Shown here one piece after another: positions 51,523-64,000 of a DNA stretch of 64,000 nucleotides (positions are counted from its first letter, which is position 1; every line of letters begins with the position of its first letter). This stretch comes from Eledone cirrhosa (taxonomy: Eukaryota): the NCBI GenBank assembly GCA_964016885.1, contig OZ024746.1:83576001-83640000 (forward strand), given 5' to 3'. A model generated the notes under the pieces. It searched no databases. It was given only the letters and a program-made list of their open reading frames with translations, and had not been told where the DNA came from. The position numbers were made by a program, and so were the translations under genes.

Positions 51523-52402
51523 TTAATTTATAGTAGAGGGAAATAATATTATTAGTATTATTGTTACTATTTTATTTTGTCCATGCTTGCATGAGTGGAA
51601 CAGTCTGTTTAAGAAATATCTTTAGAGGTGGATAGTCTTTCTATTAGGCAGCAAATTGGCAGAGTTGCTAGAATATTGGATAGAATGTTTTGTGGCATTT
51701 TTCTGGCTCTCTGCACTCCGAGTTCAAACCATGCCGAGGTTAACTTTCATCCTTTCAAGGTTGATAAAAGTACCAGTCTGTACTTGGATTGATTCTTCCT
51801 CCATATCTCTTTCTCATCCTCCTCCTGTCTCTCTCTCACTCTCTCGCTCTGGAATAAATAGGCTGTGTTCAAATTTAGAGAGGGGATGCGCTCTGTCAGT
51901 TTTAAAAATGTACTTAAAACATGTCATGTCTCAATGCATCTTTACAACTACATAAGCAGTTACAGGTTCATACATACAAACATACTCTTTCTATTGGTAA
52001 TGCTCAGTTGTGAAGGTGTTGTTGTTGGCGGCGGCGGCGCTGCTGCTGCTGTTGTTGCTGCTGTTTAACTCCAGGTCATCGACCTCCAGATTGAGGGAAA
52101 TGTAAAATTTCCCGTGTCAGGATTTGAATTCAGACCATAGAAGGACATGACTAAACACCACAAGGCACTTTCTTTGATGCTATACTGATTCACCTAATCC
52201 ATTGTCCTGATACTAATAGCAATAGTAGGTGTTTTATGTGTATGATTGCATGTCAGTAATTTTTTTAGTTACCTGAATCAAATTAGTAATCTGGTGTTGA
52301 AACTAATTAGTTTGATTCAGGTCACTACTACAGAAATGTGTGAAAAGTCAGCAAAGGTGTGAAAATGTAGGTTTTTTTATATATAACATTTATTTGTATA
52401 TA

Positions 52403-52670
52403 TGGCTTAGTGGTTAGAATGTTGGATTTAGGATCACAATGTCACAGGTTCAATTCTTTTATTGGGTGGCACATAGTGTTCTTGAGCAAAACACTTCATT
52501 TACGTTGCTCTAATCCCCTCAGCTGAAAATGAGTCCAAGCAGTAGGTGGGGATTACCCCTGTAATGGACTGCCATCCTGACCAGGGAGGGAATCTTGTAC
52601 CTTCAGTCACTTAACACCAGTGAAACTGTGATAAACACTGGCCTTATGAGCCTCTGGGATTGAGACAGGC
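52403..52670 (+). mobile_element. tRNA-derived SINE, V-domain-like, with a different 3' half
   Basis: tggcttagtggttaga ... ggttcaattc ... gttcttgagcaaaacactt ... ccctgtaatggactgccatcc. Confidence 0.65.
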
Positions 52671-53475
52671 TGTAATTTTCTTGTATTTGTGGTAAATTCA
52701 CAGGGTCATTAGATCATCTCACTAATTCTTCTATATTTGTTTTAACTCTCTTCTCTGAGGTCAAATCCCGCTGACAACAACTATGCCTTCTAATGATCAG
52801 ATTTAAGAACTCATAAATTATAATGTAAAAACATAAAACTTTCTCCATTTTCATAGCATAGTTGATTTTTGCAGGCTTTTATATGTTATTTCCTATAGTA
52901 AAATGAGCCAAATTTTGTCATCATGCACTCTCAAACAGTAGCTCCATAATTGGGATTAATTATAAAATATCATGATATATTATTTACAATTAATTATAAT
53001 ACATTTTCACATCACAATACATAATTACATGATAGGTATAATTGGCAGCCCATTAATCGGTATGGGGCAATAAGGCAAGGCTGATCAATCAATAACCAGC
53101 CAATTTGCTTACCAGTGCATCCCTAGTATATATATATCATCTTCATTATCATTGTTTTTACATCCGCTTTTCCATGCTTGCATATATATATATATATATA
53201 TACAATAAAAGAGAAAACACAGGTAAGCATTAAAAAAAGGATTTTATCCAGGTATTTATGACAGTTTCACTGGTAAGTGCAACCTTATATCGCTATACTG
53301 CAAATAGCAGCCAATCGATAACTGTTATTCACCTCTAAATTTTCAAAATAATGAATAAGTTACTTGTAAAAGGTTCTTAATATATTAAAAAACATTTTTT
53401 TGGAATCGTATTTACTACTATAGAGAGAGAGGAAGGGGGAGAAGAGTTAGGAAGTTTGAACAGGGCTTACTGATT

Positions 53476-54570
53476 ATGGATATCAAATTCAAAAAGCAGA
53501 GGAATAATAAACTCCAGAATGACATGAATTCATTCATAAAAAAGCTGCGAACTACCAAAAAGCGGACAAAACCTCAAATGTGTATACAATGGATATTAAT
53601 GCATACAATAACTTCATACGGAAGGAATTACATAGGAAATACAGAAAAACAAGCGAGACGGCACTCATAAACATCAACAACGAGGCACACAATATAGTCA
53701 AACACCTAGGAATAGAGGATAGAACAGAGCCACTTAGGCCATGTACCCCCACATTTAATCTCAAGGACCATAAGGTAAATTTTTTATTATAACCCCACAA
53801 TTAGACTTATATGCCCGTCCAAATCGGACATCGGGAAAATTAGTAAACATATATTAGACAGAGTAATAGCACAAACTAGTGATTAAACTATGGGGTAATA
53901 GCATAAACTAGTGATTAAACTATGGGGTAATAGCATAAACTAGTGATTAAACTATGGGGTAATAGCATAAACTAGTGATTAAACTATGGGGTAACACTAC
54001 TGAAACAATTAAATGGTTTAACAGTATAGCTAACAAAATAGCATCTAAGTTTATACAATTTGACATTAACGACTATTACTCCTCTATATCACCCAACACC
54101 TTGGATAAAGCCTTAGCATACTGACCTGACAGACGACGAGATAAAAATTATATTAGCTGCTAGGGAAAACAATAATTAAATTTGAAAACGCCTATTAGGA
54201 ACGTAAGGATAGATTAGATAACTTGGACATCACGATGGGGGCTAATGACTCGACTCAGGTCATGGATATAGTAGGTATTTACATAGCCCATAGTTTACAT
54301 AAGGAATTTAGTGACCTTCACAGTGGAATCTACAGAGATGACGCCCTTCTTCTAGTTAAGAACCTAAATAACGAGAGCATAGAAAGACTGCGCAAGAATA
54401 TTAGAAAGACTCTCAGCAAACTAGGCCTTAGCATAACGTATGAATATAGCACTAAAATAGTTAACTTTCTAGACGCAACGCTTAACCTAAATACGGGACT
54501 TATAAGACCTTTTCACAAGAATAGACTTAAAGAAAAATGTTTGCACTACAAGTGCAAATCGAACCCTTAA
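53476..54570 (+). pseudogene. Penelope-like reverse transcriptase, frameshifted
   Basis: Fragments DKTSNVY, LKDHKVNF..NPTIRLICPSKSDIGKISKHILD, IKWFN, FIQFDINDYYSSIS, DITMGANDS, GIYRDDAL, VNFLDATLNL. Confidence 0.85.
53863..53994. repeat. 32-bp tandem repeat (~4 copies) inside the PLE RT
   Basis: AAACTAGTGATTAAACTATGGGGTAATAGCAT starts at 53873, 53905, 53937 and 53969. Confidence 0.93.
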
Positions 54571-55373
54571 CCTCCTACTACCACCTGATAAACTGCATAT
54601 ACTTAGACTTTCTACCCTCTTATTGAATTTAACCCCTTTAATTACCCACAGTAACCAATACTTATGTCCCTTTCTCCTCCTTTATTCCTTTTTTCTTTTT
54701 TCGTCTTTTATTCTCTCTCTTTTTTTTGTTCTCTTTTCTTTTCTTCTTTTTTCTCTTCCCCTTTTTTATATATATATTTATATCTCTCTCTCTCCCTCCC
54801 ACTATAAACAATTTAATTCTCTTTAACTCCCTACACTGTAAATTAACGACATCAAGTCTATGAATCAAAACTTCCATCTTTACCCCTCCCTCCATCACCG
54901 TTTGTCCCTCTACTTCCTAACTCTTCTCCCCCTTCCTCTCTCTCTATACTAGTAGATACGATTTAAAAAAAAATGTTTTTTTTTTATATATTAAAAACCT
55001 TTTACAAGTAACTTATTCATTATTTTGAAAATATGGAGGTGAATAACAGTTATTATCGATTGGCTGCTATTTGCAGTATAGCGATATAAGGTTGCGCTTA
55101 CCAATGAAACGATCCTGGATAAAATCCTTTTTTTAATGCTTACCTGTGTTTTCTCTTTTATTGTTTATACTCCAAGATTGAACGGGATTTACTAACCAGA
55201 TTCTTGCAAACTTGTGGAGTTACCCCTAACTGTACGTTGGAAACCGTCCAAGAAACTGGCTATCTTAACCACAAACTGGATTACAATAAGCAATTTTCTG
55301 CTTTCCTACCTATATATATATATAAAATAAAGTTAAATAAAAGTCAAATGATTAAAATTTAGCTTCGTTTATT

Positions 55374-55428
55374 ACTGCTATATATATTTCAGTGACAGCC
55401 ATCTTTGGCTGTGACATCTTCAGGCAGT
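55374..55428 (-). ncRNA. Type I hammerhead ribozyme (mirror copy)
   Basis: Reverse complement of 55641-55695. Confidence 0.83.
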
Positions 55429-55640
55429 TTGAATTAGTATGGTATAGACAAGTACATATGTTGTTTAGGTGTATGATATTGTCAATACTCTGATATGCCC
55501 AGTTCCTTGCTGGGTTGTTAATTCACTGGGGAACTGGAGTCATATGACTCCAGTTCCAGCAAGGAACTGGGCATATCAGAGTATTGACAATATCATACAC
55601 CTAAACAACATATGTACTTGTCTATACCATACTAATTCAA

Positions 55641-55695
55641 ACTGCCTGAAGATGTCACAGCCAAAGATGGCTGTCACTGAAATATATATAGCAGT
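55641..55695 (+). ncRNA. Type I hammerhead ribozyme with long stem II
   Basis: ACTGC-CTGAAGA-T-GTcACAGCCA-aaga-TGGCTGTcAC-T-GAAA-TATATA-TA-GCAGT. The palindrome is TATATA and the triplet is AUA. Confidence 0.85.
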
Positions 55696-55841
55696 AATAA
55701 ACGAAGCTAAATTTTAATCATTTGACTTTTATTTAACTTTATTTTACACTACTCCGGAGTAACCAAACCAACCTGCGCACTTCGTCGAGTGCTCCAGCCT
55801 GCATACTGAGGTGTTGGTATACAACCAACATAAACTCAAAA

Positions 55842-55944
<103 letters not shown>

Positions 55945-58900
55945 TTATTTCTGTTTACCTTTTACATACATACATACATACATATATAGATATGTGTGTG
56001 TGTATATAGATAGATGTGTGTGTGTGTATATAGATAGATGTGTGTGTGTATATATGTACATATACACACACACACACATACACATGCAATATAATATTAA
56101 AATTGATTATAAAATGTAGATCCAAATTACTTACGAACAGCAAATTATATATTTTACTTTGTTTTATCTTATTGATATCAAATAGGAATAAATGGAAAGC
56201 AGCCTTTCTGTATTTCATTTCATAATTCTTTTCTTTACTTTTCTTTTCAATATTTGCTTAAGAGATGGAAGAAAATATTGGCCTTCTAGTTTACTAATTG
56301 CCAATGAATATGTGTGTGTGTATGTATGTGTATTCATGTTCTAATTACTGCTGAGCTAGTATTATGAAGGAAAAGTAGCAAACACTTACTATTATTTCTA
56401 TTAAGATAGGAATATTAGCAGGTTTTTGACAGATAAATATTGATTTTGAAAACAAATTATGTAATAATGATAATAATAATAATAATAATAAATTCTAATT
56501 TTGGCACAAGCCCAGCAGGTTGATTATATCAATGTCAGTACATGACTGGTACCTTATTTTATTGATTGACCTCCAAAAGGTTTAAAATCAAAGTTCACCT
56601 TAGTAGGATTTGAAGACAGAATGTAAAGAGTCAAAGTGAATACCAACAATAATTCTATCTGACACTCAACAACTCTGCCAATCTACCAGTCTAATGTAGT
56701 AGTAGTAGTAGTGATAATTTCTAATTTGGCTCAATGATATCATTTATATTGAACACAGTACTTAATTGGTACTTTACTTTATTGACCCTGGAAAGGCAAA
56801 GGTGACTTTTGCAGGATTTGAACTCAATGTGTCCTTTCCTTTTTCAAGAACTGGGGTAGATTTTGGCTGTTATTTATAACAGGTTGAGTGACTGTGTAGG
56901 GCTTCCATCGTTGGTTCGATGCTGCAGTATCTTTCAATTTTCTCAATGACAATCATTCTGTTATAAAATAGGATTACTTGCCATCACCATCATATTATCA
57001 TCATTGTTATGTCTGCCTTTTTGAGGCAGTGTTTTTATGGCCAAATGTTCTTCCTGTTGGCAACACTTTTATTTGCCTCTTTTCATTTACAGAGACATGG
57101 TGTACCTGTTTTAAACGAATGCTGTATGTAGAATAGGATTGTACATTTTGATCTAATATCTGTTGTGCAGTAGCCTCTTTAAAGACTAGTAGCTGATGGC
57201 TGTTCTATTTTTATTGAGTAACTGCGGATAAATCAATTCAAACTGTTGTGTGGCATGAATGTCTCTGATGAAATGTTTAGAAATAATTCTAGATTGAATA
57301 AATGGGATATATATTATGTTTTACACAACTTTAGAAATATGCAGCATTTGATTGTCAAATACAATATGGTGGCCATAGCGATTTACATCTAGTTTGAAAG
57401 TCCTGTCAGTAGTTCTTATGTTGATAGGTTTTTGTGAGTCATCACCTTTAATGTCTGTTTTCTATGCTTGCATGTCTTAGATGGACCATTATGTTATGAA
57501 GCTAGGCAGGTCAGGTGGCCACGTCATACTGAAACGGTCCATTTTTGGTTTGGTTTTCTATGACTAGATGCCTTTCCTTAATGCTAACGAACTTAGAGAG
57601 TGAACTGGGTGCTTTTTGTTGTCACCAGCACAACCATCATACAGGGTAGACTGGGTGTTTTTGCATGAATCAGCAATTACATTCCTGCACAGGTTACTCT
57701 CAATTTTTTTTCATCAGATGATCTTTTTATCAGGTTTTGATGAATATTCAGTTTTTGTTTGTGTTTGTGTATTTGTTAATGCCCCACATATGGCAGAGGT
57801 TAAGTCTATATAGTGGTGTGTAGTGATATTGAAACGTACGTGTTTACCTGCAAGTAGTCATGCAGTTGTAAAATGTAGATGAGTTTAAGCTAAACTTTGG
57901 CTATGAGCTTGTACATGGTGCATATATAGTGTCGAGTATTTTTTTATGAGATAGACTTTTAAATAAATTGATTTTACCGTATAGGTAGATAACCTGTTGA
58001 TATGATGTATGCAAAGTGTGTTGATGGAAGTTTAAAAGATCGTTATGTAGTAAAAATTAAAAAAAAATTTAAAAAGTAATTGATTTTCTTATAAAAAGAA
58101 AAAGATTGAATATGTTGCTTTGAAAATCCTTTAGTTGACTAAATAATCTCATGCTATTGTTATAGAGTACAATACTTTATCTTTGGTCTGTCTTCAATTT
58201 GTTAGTTATATCAACCTAGTGTCATTTTAAGCCACATGAATGGATTAGCTCAAATAAGTTGAGGAAATAGCTGAGAATGAAAGGCAGTGACAAACGTGTA
58301 GTATGGCCATAAATGATGGAAAATACTTGTGGGACCAGTAAATACAAGTCTCTTAAGAGTTTAACTCTTAACGTCCTGTACCACATGAAACCGCATTTGC
58401 AAGACATTCTTGAAAAGTTTAAAACAGCAAAAGTCTCTAAATTTACACATTTTCACAATGATCTGTCTACTAGTAAAAACACCATAAACATTATCGTTTT
58501 TAGATAATTTTCTATCATATCATTACAGGATATTAAGAGTTAAAGACTTTAGTTTTATTGCAACCAACATTCCCATATGATCTGGTATATATTCCTAATG
58601 GGGAGATTAACAGAGGCAATATTCTAGAATAATGTTGTTCTGTCTAGACACAACATGTGTAGAGCAAATTATTTGGATGTCTACTTTGCAGGTATGTAGT
58701 CTACTACCTTATCCATTCAGGGAAGGCATGTGGCTTAGTGATTAGGTGTGTTCAGCTCATAAGGTTGTGATGATTGTGTTCGATTTCTGGTGGTGTAGTG
58801 TGGCCTTGAGCAAGACACTTTATTACAGGTTGCTTGCAGTCCACTGAGATGGCAAAAAAAGTTGTATTTGTAAATCAAAGGACCAACCTGTCAAACACTG

Positions 58901-59892
58901 TGCCATGCTGAATCTCCTTGAGAATTACATCAGAAGTACACATGGTTGTGGAATGCTTGGCTACTTACACGTTAATTTCACAAGCAGGCTGTTTTGTTGA
59001 TTGAATAATTGGAATACTCGTCATCATATCCGACAGATGTCCATCATTTAATACACCTTATCCATTTATCTGTGCATCAGAAAACCTTAGAAAATATGTG
59101 AAAAAGTGCAAAATGATCTTGGGCTGAGATGAGTGGATTTGATATGCTGTATAGGAGACTTGTGCAACACATGACAGGTGGAGTGGGGGAGAAGGGCTGG
59201 CATTAAAACAACAACTATGATGATGATGATGGGTGATGGTCATTTTGTCCTCTAATAAATCAATGTTTCTTCTCATTTTTATTTCATTTTTTATGTCTTC
59301 ATTGTGATGTGTTTCATGTGATAGGCTGTATCACTTAAGTTGGGCTCAAATTCCCTAATCTGTCAGTGTCCATGTTACTTAGAATATGTTACTGGCAGGT
59401 TTATTGGTTTATCTATTTTATTGTTATTTGCTAAACTGTATTTAGTGAATGATATTTACCAACATTAAGCAGCAAATTGGCAGTCACTAGAACATTGAAT
59501 AGAAATGCTTTGCAGTATTCACTTAAGCCCTCTGTGCTCTGAGTTTAAAACCCACCGAGGTCAACTTTTCCTTTCATCTTTTTGAGGTCAATAAAAAAAG
59601 TACCAGTATATTACTGGGATTGATTCTTCCTCTATATTTCTTTTTCACTTCCACTCTCATTTTCTCTCCTCCTTTGGAAGAAATCAGTTGTGTTCAGATC
59701 TGAAAAAAGGATGAGCTCAGCCAGGTTTTAAAAATACTCAAGACACACTGTATATGTCACTATGTTACCCTTATAACCCCACCAGGAGTTATAGGTTCAT
59801 ATATACATACTTTTACCAACTTGAGAAATTATGCCAGTTGTCCAGCAGTTTGTGTCATTACATATTCTGCACAGTTTATTTAATATGTTTAA

Positions 59893-60111
59893 TTCTTTAA
59901 CATTTACATTACTCTATATTTATTATTGTATTTTCACAGTAAAGGCTTTATTTCACATAATTATCTCACATAATATCGAATCTGAGATTTTGATAGTATT
60001 TATTTTGAAAACAATACCTTAACATCAGTATGAGTGGCCAGTTACAGTTGGTTTGAAGAGAAAGAGGTGAGAAAATTCTGGCCGGATATGGCTGGTTTAA
60101 ATGCTAAAAGG
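59893..60111. mobile_element. piggyBac-like MITE, family 1 (diverged left TIR)
   Basis: Internal sequence matches 47099-47294. The right end is taaatgctaaaagg|ttaa. Confidence 0.75.
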
Positions 60112-60433
60112 TTAAAGTGTTTATATTTATCTAAAAATTTCCATCATAATCTTTGTTTTCAGCACCAGCTTAATAATGAAAAAGTTAGTTATATTACTAA
60201 ATTTCTCAAAGTTTTTGAACCATAGGCAGTGTCTTTTATTTGTGTTGATGTATTTTAGTGCTGACCCTGTGTGACACAATGGAGAATAGTTTAGCATCAA
60301 GTGTTGGCTTGCTTGACCTAAACCTATGATCAAAGACATTCCATCCCATCTTTTTGTATATTTAGGATTACATTGTCCATTGTAGGTTGGGAGACCATGT
60401 GGATGCTTCCTCATTGACTCATCTCTCTACAAT

Positions 60434-60600
60434 ATTGTGTAGTGCTGGTACCATATACTGTCTCTCTGCAGTGTTTCTGTACAGCATTGTGTAGTGGTGG
60501 TGCTACCATATGCTGTCTCTCTGCAGTGTTTCTGTACAGTATTGTGTAGTGGTGGTGCTACTATATGCTGTCTGACTGCAGTACTATGTGATTGCACACT
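60434..60600. repeat. ~55-bp tandem repeat, ~3 copies
   Basis: attgtgtagtggtggtgctaccatatgctgtctctctgcagtgtttctgtacag starts at 60434, 60486 and 60541. Confidence 0.88.
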
Positions 60601-61247
60601 CTGCATATTATTGGTATTAATGTGCACAGTTTCTGCAGAACACTGTTGAACTGCAAAATAATATTTCTGAATAATTATGATATACTTCACCCCTATTTCT
60701 GTATTGTTCCTAGTGCTCATTGTTTATGCACTTTTTCTGGCTATAATCTTGTGGTTTTAGACATCTTTTCATGCACAAAGCTGAATATATCCACACACCC
60801 TTTCTATACATAAATCTGTGAGTTTCTGCACTCTATCTGTTCATAAATCTATATGCTTTTTAATGTGTATAAAGCTGTACATTTATGTACTCTTGTTTGG
60901 TGTAAATCTGGATTTATGCATTCATTCTGTACATAAAGCTGTAAGTTTATGCAAGTTTTTTTTCTATGCATAAATCTGTGGGGTGCCTTTTGCATTCACT
61001 TTCACTTCCTTTATGCTTCCATCCCTCTTATTATTTCTTCCCATTCTGTAATACTACTTCCATCACTACTACCACCTTTACCCACCACCACCATTACTTC
61101 TGTTACACTGAAGCAACTAATTCACTAAGTGAGCTAAACATTTCAATCTGGTACACCAGCCTTGTTCTTCTTTCACACTTCAGTGTTTTACATTTCTGTT
61201 TTACACTTGAAAACAAATTTTCTATTAAGTTATTGGATTTTTATTTC

Positions 61248-61303
<56 letters not shown>

Positions 61304-64000
61304 CAAAATGTTTGGTCTTCTTTCACCTCCTATTTGGTTCCAGTAGCAATCTATTTTAGTTTTTATTTCATTCATTATTTTTTTTAGTGTATTTTTTGTT
61401 GTTTTAATGCATTAAAGCAAAGAGGGAGTTGTAAATAATTTTTTTTTTAAATGCATGGCCCGTATTCACTGCAGTTGTTCTTGTCTATTTAGTTTACAAT
61501 GTTCACTGGAAGCAAGCTTGATGATGAATTTGTAGCTTACACATATGGAGGTTTAAATATATATATGTTCTGCCATATTGACATTTTTTACATCTACTTT
61601 GTTATTTACACTTGGTTTCATCAGTAGTTTTTGTTGATTGTAGTTTTTTTCTTTTTCACCATAAAAGCAAATGAAATATTACATCTGTTTGGTGTTTTTC
61701 TGTGTAATTCCATATCTTTCTTGCACAATAAAAAAAAAAAAAATAAAAAAAAAAGTTTATTTTAACAAAAACTAGAAAGATTGCAACAATCAGTTAGTTT
61801 ATGTATTATGATTAATATGAAGTTTGAAGAATAGTTGTTGTTAAATCTCAGGAAAATTTTGATCTAGCAGATCTATGATCAAAAGCTTTCAAGCCTTGAA
61901 TAGCCTGTCTTTTTAATGGTATCTATGACTTCATTATATAATGGTTCATTTGATTTTTTTAAAGATTCTGGATGTGATTTGAAGGAGAGTTAACTATTTC
62001 ATACGGGTTGATTGACTGCACAGAGGTTCATTTGTTAGTTTGTTTGGAAAGTAGGAGAAATGTAAATGTGAAAAGACAGTGTGTTTCCAGTATGAGATGG
62101 CATTTCTATTAACGCTTTCATTACAGTGTTTTTAATGAGACATACTGTATTTGAGTGAATAAATGAAGAATTTGGGGGGATTTACTGAAATTATTAAATA
62201 TTTCAATAGTAAGATAGCATTTGTAACTTAACAAAAGGCTTGTACATCAAATTATGTTGGAAGATTTAAATTTAAGTAGCAACCTTTTAAAATTAGTGGT
62301 TTTGTTTCATAGACCCAGAGGGTGTTTTGGGCAGGTTGCTATCAAAAGGGTTAAAGAGCAGCAAACCAAATTTAGTGTATGGCTTGGGTGGTGTTAATCA
62401 GAAAGCCTGCATTGGACATGGGGCGGGGTATGTTTGAAGTAGGTGCAAAGGAATAATGGGTTTATTTATATTTGTCAGTATAGAAAAGACAATGAAGATA
62501 CAGCATGACAAAATTGCCTGTTTAACCAGTTGGAATTAGTTGCCAAATCTACCTAGAATCACACCTATTCTCTAATATCACACCCTACTGACTTTTCAAA
62601 TCTGTAGGGTGTGATATTAGACAATGCCCCCCCCCCCTCCCCCCCCCCAAAAAAGACAAAAAGTTATTTATGAGATCACAGTGGGAACATCTTTGATTAA
62701 ATCTCCTTGATCTGACCTGACTGGAAGTTAACTCTTTTGTTACTAACTTGCCTGAAACCACCCTGATTGTATGATACAAATCTGCCCATTTTAAAATGTT
62801 TATACTTATATTAAAACCTTGTCAAAATTTTATTTAAGTTTTTTCATTAAATAATGTTCTAAACATCAGCTTATTGATGAGTAAGTTATTAAATCCCACT
62901 CAGTATTTTTATTTTTATTTTTCCAAAATTGAAACATGCAGGCAGTGTATTTTATTAGACATACAGTGAGGAAAGGGTTAAACTACAACACAATTTAATA
63001 AGGGATTATTGATTAGATACATACAATCTAAGCAGTTGTTTGGTTATTGATAAGAGCCTGCCATTTCAAACAGATGTTTTTGATTGGTACCATTCTTTTC
63101 TTGCCTTTAAACACATTTGGTCACTAATATTTCTATTTGAACCAGGTTGGCCAGATTATTTTAAAGCAGTGTTTCTTAAATTTGGATACATAAAAAAATC
63201 TGGGGGTTCCACAAGGTGTATCCTTCAATAAAATTTAAGAAAAATTTATTATATATTTTTATATGAATAAATCATTTTTCTAAAATAATTTTTGCTTCAT
63301 TTAATTAATGTCTTACTAAATTATAGGGTGGTGGGAATTATGAAATATAAGTATGTATAAGTATATATTCTGCAATGTTTGTAAAATGTTCAATTCATTG
63401 CAAGTGCAGGCAGAAACAAGGAAACATTTCCAAATCATTGAGTGGAAGTATTATGTGTAAATGTGAAATCACTGAGTAAGCATCTATTGTATTGATGATG
63501 GAACAAGGACATTAAGTTAAATTCCATCTTGAAGAGTTTTGTTGTGTATTTGTACAGTATACTTAAATTTATATGCTTCAGTTCATTTAACTGTCAGGAA
63601 CAGATGCCTTATCACATGAGTTGGGCTATTGTCCTATACAGAAATGGGATTTATCTTTCATTCACATATGAAACTGGAGATATGCACCAGTCTTCTCAGA
63701 GCTTAACAGAAATACCCACGTTGGTTTTCTAATACCATCCAGTATTTGCACAGTGTGTGTAGCATTGCATGTGCATATTCTTTTCTTCTTTCATTGGTTT
63801 CAGTCATTTGATTGTAACAATGCTCAGGCACAGCACATTATATTGACACCGATTACAGTTTTGTACTTATTTCACTGACCTTGAAAAGAGTTAGGGCTAA
63901 ACCAACCTAGGTATAAAAGGACATACACTAATAGTACAAGTTGTTTTTTGTTTGATACTCCACTGATTCTGCCATCCCTTCCACCAATATAGACACCCGA

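Larger units (their letters stand above)
53202..55310 (+). mobile_element. Decayed Penelope-like element with inverted terminal arms
   Basis: Arms 53202-53455 and 54912-55164 are reverse complements. (TA)n lies at both ends and PLE RT fragments lie between. Confidence 0.85.
55323..55746. repeat. Near-perfect inverted repeat, ~190-bp arms, with an inner hairpin
   Basis: taaaataaagttaaat...ccagttccttgctgg / ccagcaaggaactgg...atttaactttatttta. The spacer contains ggaactggagtcatatgactccagttcc. Confidence 0.95.

Noticed and set aside
55040-55125. Hammerhead or SECIS in the PLE terminal arm (ttgg...ccaatgaaac with internal hairpins)
   Set aside because: There is no CUGAnGA box and no convincing SECIS core. 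I also saw no conserved in-frame TGA in the RT fragments to suggest selenocysteine recoding.
57260-57297. tctCTGATGAaatgtttaGAAAtaattctaga as a hammerhead
   Set aside because: Stem II is barely paired and stem III is not closed. It could arise by chance in AT-rich DNA.
58649-58697. Small exon candidate ending CAG|GTATGT
   Set aside because: Only splice-like signals support it, the peptide is unrecognised, and such matches are expected by chance in 64 kb.

Overview
AT-rich, microsatellite-rich eukaryotic (metazoan) DNA. The SINE/LINE repertoire looks cephalopod, probably octopus; this is inferred, not proven. Apart from one small candidate exon near 3.6 kb, no host gene is evident, so the window reads like a large intron or intergenic region. 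Three retroelement relics with recognisable protein motifs are present: a GC-rich CRE/NeSL-type restriction-like-endonuclease non-LTR element (minus strand, ~9.9-11.7 kb), a 5'-truncated RTE LINE with an open RT frame (44.8-46.6 kb), and a decayed Penelope-like element with inverted terminal arms (53.2-55.2 kb). The window also holds many tRNA-derived SINEs, TTAA-flanked piggyBac-like MITEs, a hAT MITE and a 25-bp minisatellite. The most striking signal is invisible in the ORF track. Several sequence-unrelated fold-back or tandem elements sit in (TA)n or other microsatellites and carry minimal type I hammerhead ribozyme motifs (CUGAnGA-stem II-GAAA-palindrome-NUH, closed by stem I). One of these is a near-perfect 310-bp tandem plus inverted array resembling a non-LTR retrozyme. 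Almost all other listed ORFs are microsatellite or AT-rich noise.
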